Part shown: piece by piece, positions 25,059 through 39,630 of the stretch | Position numbering within the stretch: position 1 is the first letter of the stretch | Layout of the letters: every line of letters begins with the position of its first letter | Origin: Iphione sp. A-MEVVRFRX5 | Lineage: Eukaryota | Direction of reading: 5' to 3' | Assembly: GCA_976226885.1 (NCBI GenBank) | Contig: OZ320320.1 | Coordinates: 39,866,001-39,930,000, forward strand | Length of the DNA stretch: 64,000 nt | The notes under the pieces: generated by a model | Database searches by the model: none | What the model saw: only the letters and a program-made list of their open reading frames with translations | Told to the model about the DNA's origin: nothing | Position numbers and translations under genes: made by a program

Positions 25059-25922
25059 GCTGGAATCTTAAGGATGGCAGGGCGGAATTGAAATTCCAGG
25101 ATCATAACCTGCCAGGATAGGCAATATAGAGTCACAATAGCACTGGTCAAACGCTTTCTGGGTTTCTATATGCTCCTTGTAGCCTGCTTCCACTGATAGT
25201 GCTAGCTATTCTACTTATTTTATCCATTAGCCGATTTCAATTAATACCTAAGGGTTACGGTGTGTCTGACTAACAAACTCATCTTAACTGCTATCAGTAT
25301 CTAGTGTTGTATGGCAGTGTCAGGAGTTATCTGTACACAGGTTCTGAACTAGCATGTTCCCTGTGTGCCTGATGTGATTCATTGTGAAAATGACAAGTGT
25401 TTTTGCTACTCAGCTGCTTAGTTGGTTATACTAATGGAGTTTCTGATAGCGAACATGTGAACTGTGTAATTATGGCTGTGTCAGTGGGCCTGTAACTGAA
25501 TGGTGTTGTTGGCATCTACACGGACTTTATGTCCTGGGGTGTTGTAATGTCTGTAAGTATGCGGCTTCGAGTCCATGGAGCTGAATTACCAGACAGCTAT
25601 GATGAATTACAACAAAAACATACCGTTGCTATGCGACCTTGGCTACAGTGTATATGCTTCGAATATATCTTGAATACGAGGTTCCCATATTGCACCAGCT
25701 GCTGCTATAATTTCTCTCCTTAGCTATGTCCACTAATATGATCTCAAACACTGTTGAGACCCATTAACCATCTACTCACTTGGCAATCATATGGGTCTGG
25801 GAATGCGGGTGAAGTACAATTGCAGATCCATTTGAATGACTTGCATACTGACTGTAACTGTATATATTTGCTGCTGTTGCAGCGTTTTTCCTTTCGTTTA
25901 CACTTTATATGTTGCTACTGAT

Positions 25923-25980
25923 ATCTTTGTACCCATACGAAGATGGCAATAAAATTGAATTGAAATTGAATTGAATTGAA
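25923..25980 (+). terminator. LINE-C 3' end: stem-loop, AATAAA, (ATTGA)n tail
   Basis: ATCTTTGTA-CCCA-TACGAAGAT hairpin, AATAAA at 25948, then repeats of ATTGA/ATTGAA. Confidence 0.8.
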
Positions 25981-26849
25981 AAAGGATTACTGATCTGGCT
26001 GAGATATTAGTAAGTTGCCTTGATCAGCCAGTGTTGGCATACATCGAGGGTCGACGGTCAGTTATCACCGAATATCATCGAAGATGACGGGGTGATGGTG
26101 AACATTAGCGCACTCTGTGAGTGGGCTTTTTTCCGTAGGAAGGATCATAACAGATTTTGTAACCATGTGCCATGTACATTAAATAAGAAATGTCCTATCA
26201 AAAGAGTTGTTAATATCAGTGTGATACAATATGTCTACAGTTTTTGCAGTCTTCATAGTATATACTGGATACTTTCTTCTGTCTATTGAGATGAATTTTG
26301 ATCTTATACCCCAGAACACAATATATCCTAAATAAAGCATTTATTTAGATATTGTTATGGGACGTCATAGCAGACTCATATCACCTTGCCGACATGGTGA
26401 CGCTAGCTGTCACGCTGGTAACATATGCTTGGAATGAAATTATTTGGATATCAGCCATCATTCAGCTACAAACATTTTTTCTTTGACTCAATAAAGGCTC
26501 AAATTGTGATATGTAACCTCCCAACTTGATGTCTGTGTCGGTCATTCAATATATATATTATGATGTTTTATCAGATTACACACAGTGAAGTACAGGATGT
26601 TTTCCTGTAATTATGCAATTTCTGCTTGGCTGATTGACTGCTGAATTTCAAGCGTAACCTTACTTGTGAATCTGTATAATGTACTCTCCATTCTAATCTA
26701 ATCTCTCAAACACCAGAAAGTCTTCATATCGTAACTGTGATTATAACTGTGATAATCTGAGAGAATCCTAAGTGATTTGATTTACTCTATATATATCCAA
26801 GCCCTATTACTCATTATATTAAGTTACCCTGCTATGTTATAACCTCTAT

Positions 26850-27078
26850 ATGCCTGTAATGATAACAAACGAGGGTATGGGAATATTCTCAGGCCTTTAA
26901 TGGTAAAAATAAAAATTTCAACAGAGTGTGACGTTATGGAATACATGACACAACAGTTGCTTGGAGACAACAATACCTGACAATAATTGTCGTTTTGCGA
27001 CATATATTCATATAACCTTTCATATGTCATACATGCCTGTAATGATAACAAACGAGGGTATGGGAATACACTTAGGCC
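26850..27078 (-). repeat. Ngaro-2 3' terminal B1-A2-B2 repeats
   Basis: ATGCCTGTAATGATAACAAACGAGGGTATGGGAATA twice, flanking AAAATTTCAACAGAGTGTGACG...ATATGTCAT, which recurs at 30847-30963. Confidence 0.93.
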
Positions 27079-27129
27079 AAAACCCAACTAGAGAAACAAA
27101 GAAATCTCTTCAACAATAGACAACTTCTC

Positions 27130-28065
27130 AGATCTCTGATCTACATACTTCAAAGCACATTGAGATTTCCAATTCCCACAGTCTTCGATCACCTCTAGAT
27201 CAACACCACACTTTGAAAGGAAGGTGGCCCCTCCCCTTCAAAAACCATGTGAGGAAATCCTCTCATAAATACCAACAAATTCACAGATACGTTTCAATTT
27301 AAACATGTAATCACGATATTCAAGAGTCTTAATCTCACCCCTTGAAATGTAAGAAAAAACAAGTTGATTATCATACCAGAAATGACTGGCCTTCCATAAT
27401 TTGAGCCAAGTTACTGCACACATTTTATATGATTCACAGTAAAAGACAGGAATTGTATCTCTCTCTTTGAGGGAACACACTTCCCCCTATTAACATTGAC
27501 AATTATACCGAAATCGGTAAATTCAATGTCTTCCCACTTTAATCCATGTCTGGAAGAAAAACATGCTTTAGAAGTAGACAACGAAATGATACACGCTAAC
27601 CAGAATAACCAGTCAAACGTCTTCGAATTGTCCAGCCTGTCAAAAATCAAAAATATTTCTTCTACTGTAAAGGCATGGGCCAGCACTGCTGGCCTATCAC
27701 ACTGCTTCTTTAGCCCTAACAAAACTTGAGTGAGGCCGAAATCATTATAATCTGGTGGTCACTCCCCTAACTCTACACCAATAACATAGCCCAGATGAAT
27801 GATTTTTTATAGAGCTATAACACATACTCCTACCAAGGTAGGGTAAATAAATACAAGCTTGAAAATTTGAACATGGGAACTCCTTCAGGCCAAAGTCATC
27901 ATAAAATTTAGAGTAATTCTCCAACTGCTGTCTCCTCGCTCTCTTTGTATTTGATGACAGCGCCCTGTCCTTCACGTCCTTCATCTCCTTCTTCAGTCCC
28001 ATGAGCTTCTTTGCAAATAGAATGTAATATTTCCCTACAGCACATTGTGTTGGACCAGAGATCAT
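27130..28065 (-). pseudogene. Ngaro-2 tyrosine recombinase
   Basis: ALSSNTKRARRQQLENY..F; LKWEDIEF; ISSHGF*RGGAT; GNWKSQCALKY (catalytic Tyr). Confidence 0.88.
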
Positions 28066-29913
28066 GCATGACTTTTCTTAAGGCTGTCACTTCTGCTCTA
28101 GACAAGGCATCTGCGATATAGTTGTCCCATGTGCTTATGTAGTCTACTTTAAACACAATATTCATGAAGACACAGCTCCAAAACCCTTCTCTGAGCCATC
28201 TCATGCAGGTTTTGTTATGGCTCCTGCCTGACCTTAACATATAAAGTACGAACATATTGTCAACCCTTAGAAGAATCATATTATCTGCCAGACTGTCCTT
28301 CCACCGCTTCAGTCCCACCAAGACAGCCCAGAGTTCATACACATTGATGTGTTCATCGAAGGTGTCACTCATGGGTCATTTCTCTATGTGATGGTCACAG
28401 ACATCGATCGGCCAGCACTTATCATTCCATTTCCCATAAAACCAGTCGATTTGGTACCAGCCACCCAAGCCCTCAAGGGAAGAGTCCATTGTCACAACAC
28501 CTTCGATTATCGTTGTCCTGATGATTCTTTTCCTGCTGTTAAACATGTCCATCAGGGTGGACCACCAACTCAAGTCACTCCTTACCTACTCACTCAGAGC
28601 CACCTTACATCCTGCCTTCATGGCCTTCACCTGGTCATGCAGACTCCTTATATACATTCTGCCCCCTTAACAACAGAGCTAGAATGTGACAGTGAACCAG
28701 TTAAACTCTCCACCTCGCTCTCTTCGTGAGTTTGCCCTTGTTCAAGGCAGCTTTAATCTTCTCCTTCACAGCCGTCACCTTTTCTTTCGGCAGAGACAAC
28801 TCCATGTGGGAGGAATCAATCATTATACCTAGGAATTTACACCTCCTGCTAGGTTCAATACATTTTTCTTGGGATACCTCAAAACCGACATCAAGAATCA
28901 CTTCAACTATTACTTCTTGAAGGATTTCACATTCTCTCTATGTCTCACCAATAGCAATAAAATCATCCAGGTAATTGACAATTTTCCCTCTACACCTGTA
29001 CCTGAAGTCCACGACAATTAACGCAAAAAGATTGTTGAAAATTTAGGGCACACATTTGAGGCCAAAACACAGAGAGTTATTTACATAGAATTTCCTGGGT
29101 TGACCATCCAACATCCAGCTGAAACCTTGGAACTCCCTATGCTCTGGTCTCACCAGTACCGAGCAGTATGCGCTTTTGATGTCGCAGGTGGCTAACCAGT
29201 CACCCTCACCTATCGAATTACATACATGGTCAACTGATTTGAAGTTTAACTCCTTACATGTCTCACTCATAAAGTTATTAATTGAGGTACCCAGAGGCAT
29301 TGAACTGTCCATTATAGGGCGTAGTCTACCATTACTCTTGGGTACTCCTCCAAGGGCATTAACGCAACGCGGTCTACGTACACACTCAGTAATCAAACCT
29401 GCTTTCACCTCATTGATTACTTTCACATCCATCTCACGTTTAAACTCATCACTCAAGAATGAGTTATAGTTATAACAGTAATATTCAGTGTCACAATCTT
29501 TATCCACTATAGCAAAGCCCTCTCTTATCCCTCTCCACAACTCAATGACAAGGCCATCACTTAGACTTGAACGAGCGAGATACACAAAACATCTGCATAA
29601 CCTTAGTGGACTAATTACTCCACCAATCTCATGACTACAGTTACAAACACCATTAATACAGCTTTCATAAATTTTAATATAATGGTTACCATCGTATCAC
29701 AGTACACTTGGTCACATCTCCGTGCTCCACATTGTTTACAACCCTCTTCAAGGCATTACGGACCGTAAATGCACGATCGCGACTTGTTCTGATGTCAGTT
29801 CCATCAGTAACGTCATTAACAACGTCATCGGTAGTATCACCATGACTACCACAGTTCAAACAGTGATCACAATCAGATTCACTGAACGACCAATTCACCA
29901 ATAATTCACACAT
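27908..29913 (-). pseudogene. Ngaro-2 RT-RNase H
   Basis: CVNALGGVPKSNGRLRPIMD, CDIKSAY, LCFGLKC, NYLDDF, TMDSSLEGLGG, HINVYELWAVL, VDNM, NYIADALSR. Confidence 0.92.
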
Positions 29914-29984
29914 GGGGTAAAATCAACAACATTAAACTCACAAAGATTGATTCCTCCCATGTTTCCACTCTCATCCTCCACTAG

Positions 29985-30905
29985 TCAATCCTTCCTTGAT
30001 GCAGACTTTGACTTTGCATTGTTGGAGTCACCACCTGAGGTCTTAGCGATGAAACAGTCCACAGATCTGTGTCCCACCTTGAAACAGCTTTCACAAATAT
30101 GTTTGGACTGACAACTAGGGTCTTCACATGATGAATTGTTGTACTTATAACATACTGCCCTAGATTTCTTCTGTTTTCTCTTGGACTCCTTCGCCTTTGC
30201 CACATCCACCATTGCATCAAGACTGAGACACTGATGTACGAGAACGGTGTCACTGTAGCAAAAACTATTCAAGCCCTCCTCTTTAGCTTTCTTCCTCATT
30301 TCTTTTTCATATTAGACTTATGATGCACTGGTATGAATCTTCATACTGGCCCTATCTGCTAAGAATGCAATGTGGTCGAGGTACCCCTTGATATCCTCAC
30401 CGTCAGACACAAATTTCTTGAAAAGGCCAATTTAGCCCACCATCAGGTCCTCATATGACTCCACTCGGTCTCCCTTCACAAAATGGGAAATTGAGAACTT
30501 CCTTGTCTTCTTACCTCTCTTCTTCTTTTTCTTCATCTGCTTCTCGTCATCTGAGCCAGAAGCGTCGTCACTCTCACTCATTGAAGACAGATCAGGATCA
30601 TCACACACCTTGCTCTTGCTCATAGGCTTATTGGCAGCTAAAGCCTTGAGCATCGTCTCAATCTTCTGCAAATGTTTCTCCACCTGGTCTATCCTCAAAT
30701 CAATTCGTTCAGACTCCCCTTTATCCACAAAATCATCGGGGAGAGTCCTATGACAGTTCTTTCCCACTGGTGACTCATGTTTGCAATTACATCTCTTGCA
30801 AAACTTCTCAATCTCAGAAAGATCAGGAAACACGTCTTCAGTATTCAAAATTTCAACAGAGTGTGACGTTATGGAAGACATGATGCAACAGTTGCTTGGA
30901 GACAA
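29985..30905 (-). pseudogene. gag: Ngaro-2 gag
   Basis: N-terminal CKRCNCKHESPVGKNC finger, YLDHIAFL, C-terminal CYKYNNSSC...C..KHICESCFKVGHRSVDC. Confidence 0.8.
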
Positions 30906-31139
30906 TACCTGACAATAATCGTCATTTGCAACATATATTCATATAACATTTTATATGTCATATATCGTATTTTGAATCTAAACATGTTGAACTGTGATAT
31001 CCAATGCATAATACCAACGCAGTACATGTATGTATCTCAGAAGCTCAAACATATTTTGCGTTTGAAAGGGTATGAAGAAAACAGCTAGCTGCACATAATG
31101 GTTTTGTTGATGCACTGCTGCTGTGTCCTTTAATAATCT

Positions 31140-34100
31140 TATATATGTCTGGGTTCAAGATCACGACAGTGAACATCGGAAGTTTGTGCAAAAAAGTGGG
31201 TGATCTGCACCTCTATATGAGGCGGGATCGAGTGGACATTTGCTGTGTTGTTAAAATGACTCACACCAAGATTCTGAAATCAGGATCGCGAGCTACAGCC
31301 ACTATATTATGGATCGGAATCAAGAAGGGGCAATGAGGGGGTGGGACTGTAATACATGTAAATGAATCCTTCTATAGGACGCGGGAACACTACCCTGATT
31401 CTAGCCAATCATTGTGTGAAATCATGGGTCTTAAAATAAAGCCTGGTGGGAGGAGACCAATTCAGTTCGTGACTGTCTATCGGCCACCAACTGACAATAT
31501 TTCAGACTCTGCTCATACAATAGAGAGTGCTGCCTGCAACATTCTAAACTCCAGGATGGATGATCATATCATGGTTGGCAACATCAATTATGACTTCAGC
31601 TCGGGCTCAAAGATAGGTACCTGTATCACGAATGTACTATCTGGAATAGGCCTTGTCCAACATGTATTAGGTAGCACGATGCTAGACAACAGCCACTGCC
31701 TAGACCACATCTGGTCTAACATCAACAGCATGTGTGATGTGGCAAAGAAGTCTTGGTTTCTAAGCAACCATCTTCCTGTGAGTTTGACAATTAAGAAGGG
31801 GAAGGTGCAACTGACAACATGCTCCAGGTCTTATCATAAATGAAACAGCCTTGACCTGGATGCGGTGACTGAGAGACTCGGAGCGAGTGGTCTGAAGAAG
31901 GTCAGTGACCATGAAGAAGCCTGGAACCAATTTGAGAATAACCTAAGGAAGATATAGGAAGAGCTATGTCCAGTTTTTGTGTAAAGAATACAACAGGTTA
32001 AATACCAGCTTTCAACCAAGCGTGGGTCTGAAAGAATTAATCAAGAACAGGTCCTATTTCTACCAAAAGTGGAGAAGATGGAAATGTGATGAAGACAGAC
32101 AAAACTTCACATTTCTCAACAACAAAGTGAAGAAGGCTCTCAAGAAAGAACGCCAAAACTACTGGCATGACAGACTATCTATCACCAGCTGGGGGCGACA
32201 CAAGGAAACTGTGGCAAGTATTGCCATCCACAAGAAGGGGATCTACAAGAAGGCGGGCAAAGAAGACCTGTCTAACTACTGTCTGGCATCTATACTTCCG
32301 CTGCCAAGCAAAGTTTGTGAGCGGTGGTTCATCCCGAGCTGGATAAACATCCTTGAAGATTGGGAGATGTTAAGCACCAGTCAACCGGCTTCAAAGAGGT
32401 CGCAGAACAGAGACTGCAATGGTCAATCTACTGTGTAAAGCCAAAGAAATTCTCAGCCAGGGACAATATGCGTGTGTGATAAATTTTGATCTCAAAAAGG
32501 CATTTTATATAGTATCACACCAGAGCATAGTGGACTGCGTCAAAGAACTAGGCGGAGCCTGAAACTGCAATCACTGATTAGTGGCTATCTGTCCTCCAGG
32601 AAACAACTCGTTGAAAGTTTAGGACAAAAGTCTAGCTGCAGGGAAATAAAACATGGTGTGTAACAAGGATCCGTTTTCAGCCCTGTAGGTCTCAACCTCA
32701 TAATGGACATAGTGGTAGCAAAACTGCCAAGGGGCGCAACTGTTAGTATCTATGCGAATGATTTATCCTTGATATCCCATGCCCCAGACCTGCTAAAGCT
32801 AGGAGGACTGTGAGCACAGTACTAAAAGCTGTCACCAACTGGATAAATTCAGAAGGCTTGATCCTGAGCACCTCCAAGTGCTCCTATGTCCCTCTAGGCA
32901 AGGTGGCAGGGACCCCACGAGACATCAAGCTGGGTGAGATGACAATGAAGATGGATGACTCCATCAACACCTTAGGCTGCATGATTGATGCCAAACCGAC
33001 CAATAAATCTGGTCTGAAGCTGCCCCAGTGGAAACTATGGACATCATCCCTACGGCTTGGGCGACTGAAAGTTGTACTACCACTGCCGGTGAGACTATCA
33101 CTCTTCAGGGCTCTGGTCCTTACACATCTAAACTACATGGCAGTACTTCTCTACAGTCTTTCACCATCAGAAAAGGTGACTCTACAAGTAAGGGTCAACA
33201 CAGGTGCACGGGTTGCTCTTCAAAATCGATACTACTTATCTGCAAGGAGATTACAGTAAAGATTCAATGTAGAAAAAGTAAAGATGATCGATTAAAGAGC
33301 GTTATGTGCTGTGCACCGGCGATTCAAACACGCACTTCTGGAAGATGGTAGGAAGATAAACATCAGGACTGGGCAGAACCCAAGATGTGCTGTACCAAAG
33401 CTGAAGACAACACATTTTGACAAATCTGTCAGGTACAAAGCAGTACGTATGTGGAATGAATGCCCTGGAATCTGCACGATTGGACAGAAGTTCAACCTGC
33501 ACCTAATGAGGGAACTAGGTCATTGGTAATCTCAGAAGGGAATAAATTCACTAAGGATGAACTGATTTTCAATGCTGCTCTCTCATCGAGGTGAGGTGGT
33601 CTCTCCACCATCAAGGCAACACTTATGTTTCAAGCTATGTGCTGTCACCAAATTGCCCTGGAGGGTTTGGGGGGTGGGCGCTAACTATTTTGTCTGCTTT
33701 ATTCTCCCCATGGCTAAAATGCTCTTCTATGAGGTTTCAAGACAACCTACTACAAGCAACTCATTCTTATGAACTGAATTATTCAACTTAACTCTACACC
33801 TTTATGAGCCGAAAATGATGGACGTACAAAAAATAATACTGTAACAATCACTGCTGCAACAAATTGTGTCCATCCTAATACTGGAGCACCCATGGGAGGT
33901 ATACAATTATACACTTTACATCTATTCATGTAATGCAGCCGTTTGAACAATCACTGATGTTATGGCGTGACAAAACATGTCCAATAGTCACAGGAAATGG
34001 CACGTCTGTAATCAAAGCTTGTATGTTAACTGATATGTGATCAGCTGTGAGGTATCACCTATGTGCGCTTATCTTTATGAGCAACAAACGAACTGTACAT

Positions 34101-34215
34101 ATTTCTCTCTTATCTACACAACTTATATATTTTTCGATATTCAACTACTGATAACTCTGTTACGTTGTCTGTATGGAGACTGTAGAAGAAGACAATTCAG
34201 TTCAATTCAAGTTAA
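31140..34215 (+). mobile_element. LINE-D: 5'-truncated, internally deleted ORF2 copy related to LINE-B/C
   Basis: APE (VNIGSL, VYRPP, CLDHIWSN, LSNH), RT (FDLKKAF, YAND, HLNYMAV), 3' hairpin CTCTGT..TATGGAG plus (AATTC)n-like tail at ~34150-34215. Confidence 0.88.
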
Positions 34216-34539
34216 GTGTTTGTGGGTCGATATACGTCTGGAAGGAGGCCCTCAATCTATCTACTATTTGAAGCCTTTGACCCTTTGTTTTACGGTGAAG
34301 TACATAGTGTTAGGTGAAGGACAATGCATTGGTATTTGTATAAGAGCACGGTTAGGATAAGCTTGCAAATGTATTTAGGCATAAGGATACGATTTAACAG
34401 AAGAATTATAGATATGCTTAGGTATGCTGTTAGGCCTGGAAAGATAATGACAAATTCGAAAGATGACAGATTTTATTTTCCGGTTCCTGTAGCAGTCCAA
34501 TTATATCAAATGAATTAATTAATCCTAAACTAAAAGCAA

Positions 34540-36385
34540 GCAAAAACACCCTTCTCACATTAAAGCTGGTTACTGAATCTAAGGTCAGTGTAACTCATCA
34601 CATAACAACATCTCCAGCTGCCACGGTCCAGATCTACACCTTTACTTGCCAAGAATGAGGTAATACCCCTTCTAAAGGAGTCACAAGATATACCCTCCCC
34701 CCTGAATGGAATGAAATTACAGACGCCCCTCGGTGAATTCAGCATAGTTTAGTAGGTAGGATGAATCACCAATCCTAGAAGAAAAAAGCAATTGTTTGGG
34801 CTCAACAAAATGCCTCGCTTTTCATATCTTCAGCCATGGTATAACACAAAATTTAAGTGAGTTGAAATAAAGCAAAGAGATAACTGTCCCTTGCGCTTTT
34901 GATACATTTTCCACAGGCTACTTTTACCACTGCCCCAAATTCCTTAACTCCAAGTCTTCCCAGTACAAGCCGTCAGATTAAGGTAAAGATTGCTTCCTCA
35001 GTAGGCAACGAAATGATAGGACACACCCCAACCAGAACAGACAAACTCCATCGAATGATCAAGGTTATCAAAACTCTTTTCCGTCTCTAACAAGGAAAAG
35101 GCATCGGCCCTAACTGAGGCACGGTCCCTGCTTTTCCTTAAGTCCACAAGAATCTGGGAAATGCCAAAATCATTATGGTCAGGTGGAATACACCCCCCGA
35201 CTTTACATCAATAATCACCTCTCTTAACCACCTCATGCATGACGTGTTCTTGCAACGACCTGTTTTCAACATAAAGAGGACTGCCCTAGTGTGAACCCTG
35301 AGTAATACCATCTTATCCTTTAGTGCCTTGCCCCATTTCTTCAGCACCATGAGCACCACCCATAATTCGAACGCATTAATGTGCTTATTGTAACATTCGA
35401 GTGACGGTGCTCCCTCCAGACGGTGTTCACATTCATCAATAGGTTATGGACTTTGACACCACTTTCCATAAATCTAATCATGACAGTACCATCCGCCAAT
35501 TTCTTTTCAATGAAGAGATGGTAGTGATCACTCCCTCAACATTCATAGTCCTGATTATTCTCTTCTTTCCATTAAGCATGTCCATATACCTTAGCAACCG
35601 TCCTAAGTCACTCAGAATCTCCTTATTTAGCGCAACTCTCTTCTTTGACTCCTTTCCCTCCTCCACTAGGTCATAAACCCCTCCTTCCTTTCCCTCCTCC
35701 ACTACCTCACACTCGAACTCGGATGATGCTAACACCACAAAATCATCCAAATAATTTACTCGCCAATAATTCTGAAATCTCACTAAAAATATAGGGGGCA
35801 CACTTCAGCACAAAGCATAGCACATTAATTACATACAAAATCTTGCAGCCACTATTATCCTTCCAGGTAAAGCCGTGGCACCCTCTATGCTCCTCCTTCA
35901 GTACCGCCGACCTGTAAACACTTTTATATTCACAGCTGCCAGCCAATCTCCCTCACACAACATGCTGCATACATCATCCACTCATTTGAAATTAAACTCT
36001 TCATGAGTCTCATTTATGTAATTGTTAATGGCTTTACCCCTAGGCATAGAGCAACCCGTTATTGGGCATAGACTTCCATCACTCTTCCTCACCCTCCTAG
36101 GGAATTCACACAATGGAGCCTACTTTCACACTTGGAAATAAGCCTTTTTTCAAGCTCCCTACATATTTTCTCATTCAATGATGCACGGCATAGATAAGCA
36201 AAACATCTACACTTTTTCAATGCGCACACGATACCGCCGAAAACTCTTTTCTCAGTTTTTATTTGATGAGCCAGAGCTTCCTCAGTTTGGGCTGCACAGA
36301 TCTTATTCTGGCTAGGATAGTGTTCTTCCATCTCTACAATACAAATTCCCTGTTCAAGGGTCTTAACATCACTTCTCATACACAT
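34540..36385 (-). mobile_element. Ngaro-3: strongly decayed, deleted relative of Ngaro-2
   Basis: LHCVNSLGG, LKCAPYIF, VNYLDDF, RH remnant CMRWLREV, YR remnant DSFRRGITSFLASKGVDL. Confidence 0.85.
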
Positions 36386-36409
36386 AAGTTTGAGTTTATC
36401 GCAGAGTGC

Positions 36410-36640
36410 TCACTGGAAGAAGGCCACCGAGAATAAGTCTTGATTCTCGATATCCATGTCTCGGTACGCCTAATGCATTAGTCAGTGCACCTCATTGGCT
36501 AGCTCCTTGGGACTCAGACCTTTGGTTTGGCATAATGTGGTCAGTTCCTGCACAGCTCAGACTTTCTCTCGACCTGTCCAGAACCAAACATGTCCAGAAG
36601 GGCCAGCATGCATTGCTGTTACGTAGAGGTCATAGCAGAT
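36410..36640 (-). pseudogene. gag: Orphan Gypsy-like gag fragment
   Basis: ELTTLCQTKGLSPKELANEVH*LMH*AYRDMDIENQDLFSVAFFQ*AL resembles the retrotransposon gag capsid motif. Confidence 0.5.
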
Positions 36641-37899
36641 GTTAAGTCATCATAAAATGATCATGCCCGAGTCACAGACAATACCAACATGCCATTTTTC
36701 ATGTCTTCATCCCAACCACTCACTCGAGCCCATTCCTCAAATTGTGAATGCCAACCTTCTCAATCTGTCTTTCCATTGAATCATTCCGATTTGTTCAGGC
36801 TGAAATGAGAAGGTGGTTTTGGTTCTTCCTTTGGCAGTTACCTTGGTGACATGGAATGACTCTCCCATTCTGATTGATTGATTGATTTGCTTTATTGGCC
36901 TTCTCGATACACAGACAAAGTTTTTGTTAGACAATAGCAATGAACAAGAGCAACATATATACACAAGACATATAAACAGACAGTAGGATGATAACAGATA
37001 GAGGAATGGCACACAGGCTAGTGTTCCAACAAAGCAAAAAAGACACACATCATATTGACTCTGCTGTTATAACATGCTACATAGTTAGTGACTCGCCAAT
37101 AGTCAAAATGCATGCGACTCGGGTGCTGCCTATCAACAGAAAGAAATGACAACTAGATACAGGCGACGCACCCTTGGCCTTTGGATTTCTAACCACTCGC
37201 AACCCACACTATAAACATACTGCATCAACCACTAAAAGCTCACCTTAGCCTGCCAAAAGTGATGCTACACTGCTTATTGGCTGGCCGCCGACCTCAGCCC
37301 TACTGACCCTCCTTCCCAGTGCCCTAGTGAGAACTCTTATCGCCACTGTGGAGACTAAGTTTAGCCCCCTGACAGAACATATAGGACGTACCACAGCTTA
37401 CAACTCACCTTCATTCCCCATTTTTACTAGTGTGGTGAACACAATAATCACCAATGTCCCAGTAATTGTCCACTGATGTTCAGAATGTACAATCGATACC
37501 TCCAAATGTCCCGAATACTCTATAATGCTAAGAAACAACTGATAACATAACCATAGCACAATGACCCCTCATGTCTGGTGTTACACATTGCAGCCCTCAT
37601 CCATGAGGCAAAAACTCTAGCCTCTAAGACTGTGATGGATTTAATTGTTCACCATGCAGCTAGACCCATTGCCTAAAATTCGGCTTCAGATGAAGCTTCA
37701 TGGTCGTTGTGCATGGCCTGAGGTACAGTGTGGCCCCACTGTACCTCAGGCCATGCACAAAAGAACCACCTCTGGGTCGCTCAACCTTTATTTTTGCAGT
37801 GCTTCCCCTATGGGTGATCGTATTCTTTGCCTTAGGCAGAATATCCAGTACCATCAGGTGACGAAATACAGCGAGTGCCCGATGAAGTACCAGGTGTTG

Positions 37900-38140
37900 C
37901 ATCCTCTCAATGTTGAATTTGGCACAAATCATTTTGGCCAGACAGGTTCTGTTGTCTTGTAGACGAATTTGGACGCAACCAGGAATAGCAATCTCTCCAT
38001 TTGTGTGGCTACAATTGATCCACGATTCTATAACAAGGCAGACATCCACTAGAACCTCCAGTAGATGTCTCCCCAGATCATCAGTTTTCCTTACCAGACT
38101 TTGAATGTTATAAGCCACTATTGTACCAGACATTTCACAC
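37900..38140 (-). pseudogene. LINE-E APE fragment (LINE-B family)
   Basis: IVAYNIQSLVRKT..DVCLVIESWINCSHTNGEIAIPG matches LINE-B IVGYNIRSLVKKT..DVACITETWLGQGHSNREIYMPG. Confidence 0.8.
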
Positions 38141-39630
38141 TGCTGTGTCTGGCTATCAAACTTGCCTGTTCCTGTTGGTGCCGCATGTACTCGCCAAATT
38201 CCAGTATCATCTCGTCCCAATCGGAACTTGGTTCTTTCTTAACATCCAATTATGGCATTTACCAATGGGGTTGTTGAACCTGAATGGGCAGGGTCAGAGG
38301 CATGCGGGGATTGATGGGTAAGGTACAATGTACTTTGCTCATGGGGCAAAACACACTTCCCCCCACTCCCATTGGAGTCCTTCCAGGTAGAAACATCACA
38401 CCAGGGTCTGGTTTCAGCAGAATGGGACTGGGTGTGATTGGCCACAGAGGAGGCCTTCGAGTATGAATCTGCACGGGTCCTGGCGAAGAAGGCTCACTCG
38501 GTGGAAGCTGATTTTCGTCCTGCTCCCCGTCTGCCTGGGCAGGTGCAGGAGCCCTCCAGGCTCTTGTGCAGTACCCAAACCAGTGCCAGGTGCAGGGACA
38601 GGTAGTGTCTCTAGTTCATAGTCCAAACCATTGTTGTTTACACCAACCTCATATGATAATCATTCCCGTTCTCTCCCAATTCCTCCTTCCCTGACTTTTT
38701 TCCTTCATTCTCTGATCCACCTTCCTCTACTTTGTGACCAATGTCAGCCTCCTTGCCCAGGAAGGTGTCCAGAACCAAACTCTCCACTGATTCACTCTCA
38801 TCTCAAAATACTGTCGCCATCACTCATCAGAGGTGTAAGGTCCATTCTTCATGTGAGAATTCCCTTTCCTTCTGGAATAAGAGAATCCTAAGGCTGCCAC
38901 CAAAATGTAATGTGTCTCTTAGGCTCAGATGAATGATGGTTCATGAAATAAAGAATGTCCCTATGAGATCAGAGTTCAGCATGTTCTGTCTTAAGTGCAG
39001 TGACGGACTAACTCTTTATTCAGGAAGTGAGTCTAATAAATATACACAGTCTGGCCCTAAGGGTGGCCATGTGACATGACCGGTCAACCAAATTTAGCAA
39101 TAATTAACACCTTTCAATTGCCAATTTATGGTTCAAATCAGAATTCTTCCAGTTCAAGTAGGAATATCTGCAGATTGCCAGGAACCCTGCTTTTTTGTGT
39201 CTTGAGTCAGAATAATTCCGACTCGAGACCCAAGGTTTCAGTTAAACATCTTAACCTAGCCATGTACAATTCTTAAGTATTGAAACCCCAATAATCTGGG
39301 TTGAGACCAAATCACTACACTTTGTTTTAATATGTGCATATAAGGCAAGAAAAATTAGGCATGTTCACGCAGCACAAGGCTAGTAACTTGAAATGACTTA
39401 TAAATATGCAAGCCATTTGGCAAACTTGTTCTTCCTGTCAATATATTTCTCACATAATATGCTTATGAGAGAGTTCGACTATCTCCCTTGTCAGGACAGA
39501 GCAAGTGACACAGTGGTGCTAGGGGCACAATATACGACATCATTTACCTTATCTAGGCAACAGGTGTAGTGTTGTGACCAGGGAGTTTAATTGTTGCCAC
39601 ACTACAAGACATTCTACTACCAGGATCCCT

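Larger units (their letters stand above)
14480..25980 (+). mobile_element. LINE-C: internally deleted copy of the three-ORF LINE type, split by Gypsy-1 at 15043-22791
   Basis: NADAR fragment 14707-14898, esterase fragment 14938-15042 joined to 22796-22860, RT 23094-25058, AATAAA plus (ATTGA)n tail 25948-25980. Confidence 0.82.
26850..30963 (-). mobile_element. Ngaro-2: full-length Ngaro-type YR retrotransposon with split direct repeats
   Basis: A1 30847-30963; gag, RT, RH, YR; B1 27033-27078, A2 26912-27032, B2 26850-26895. Confidence 0.93.
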
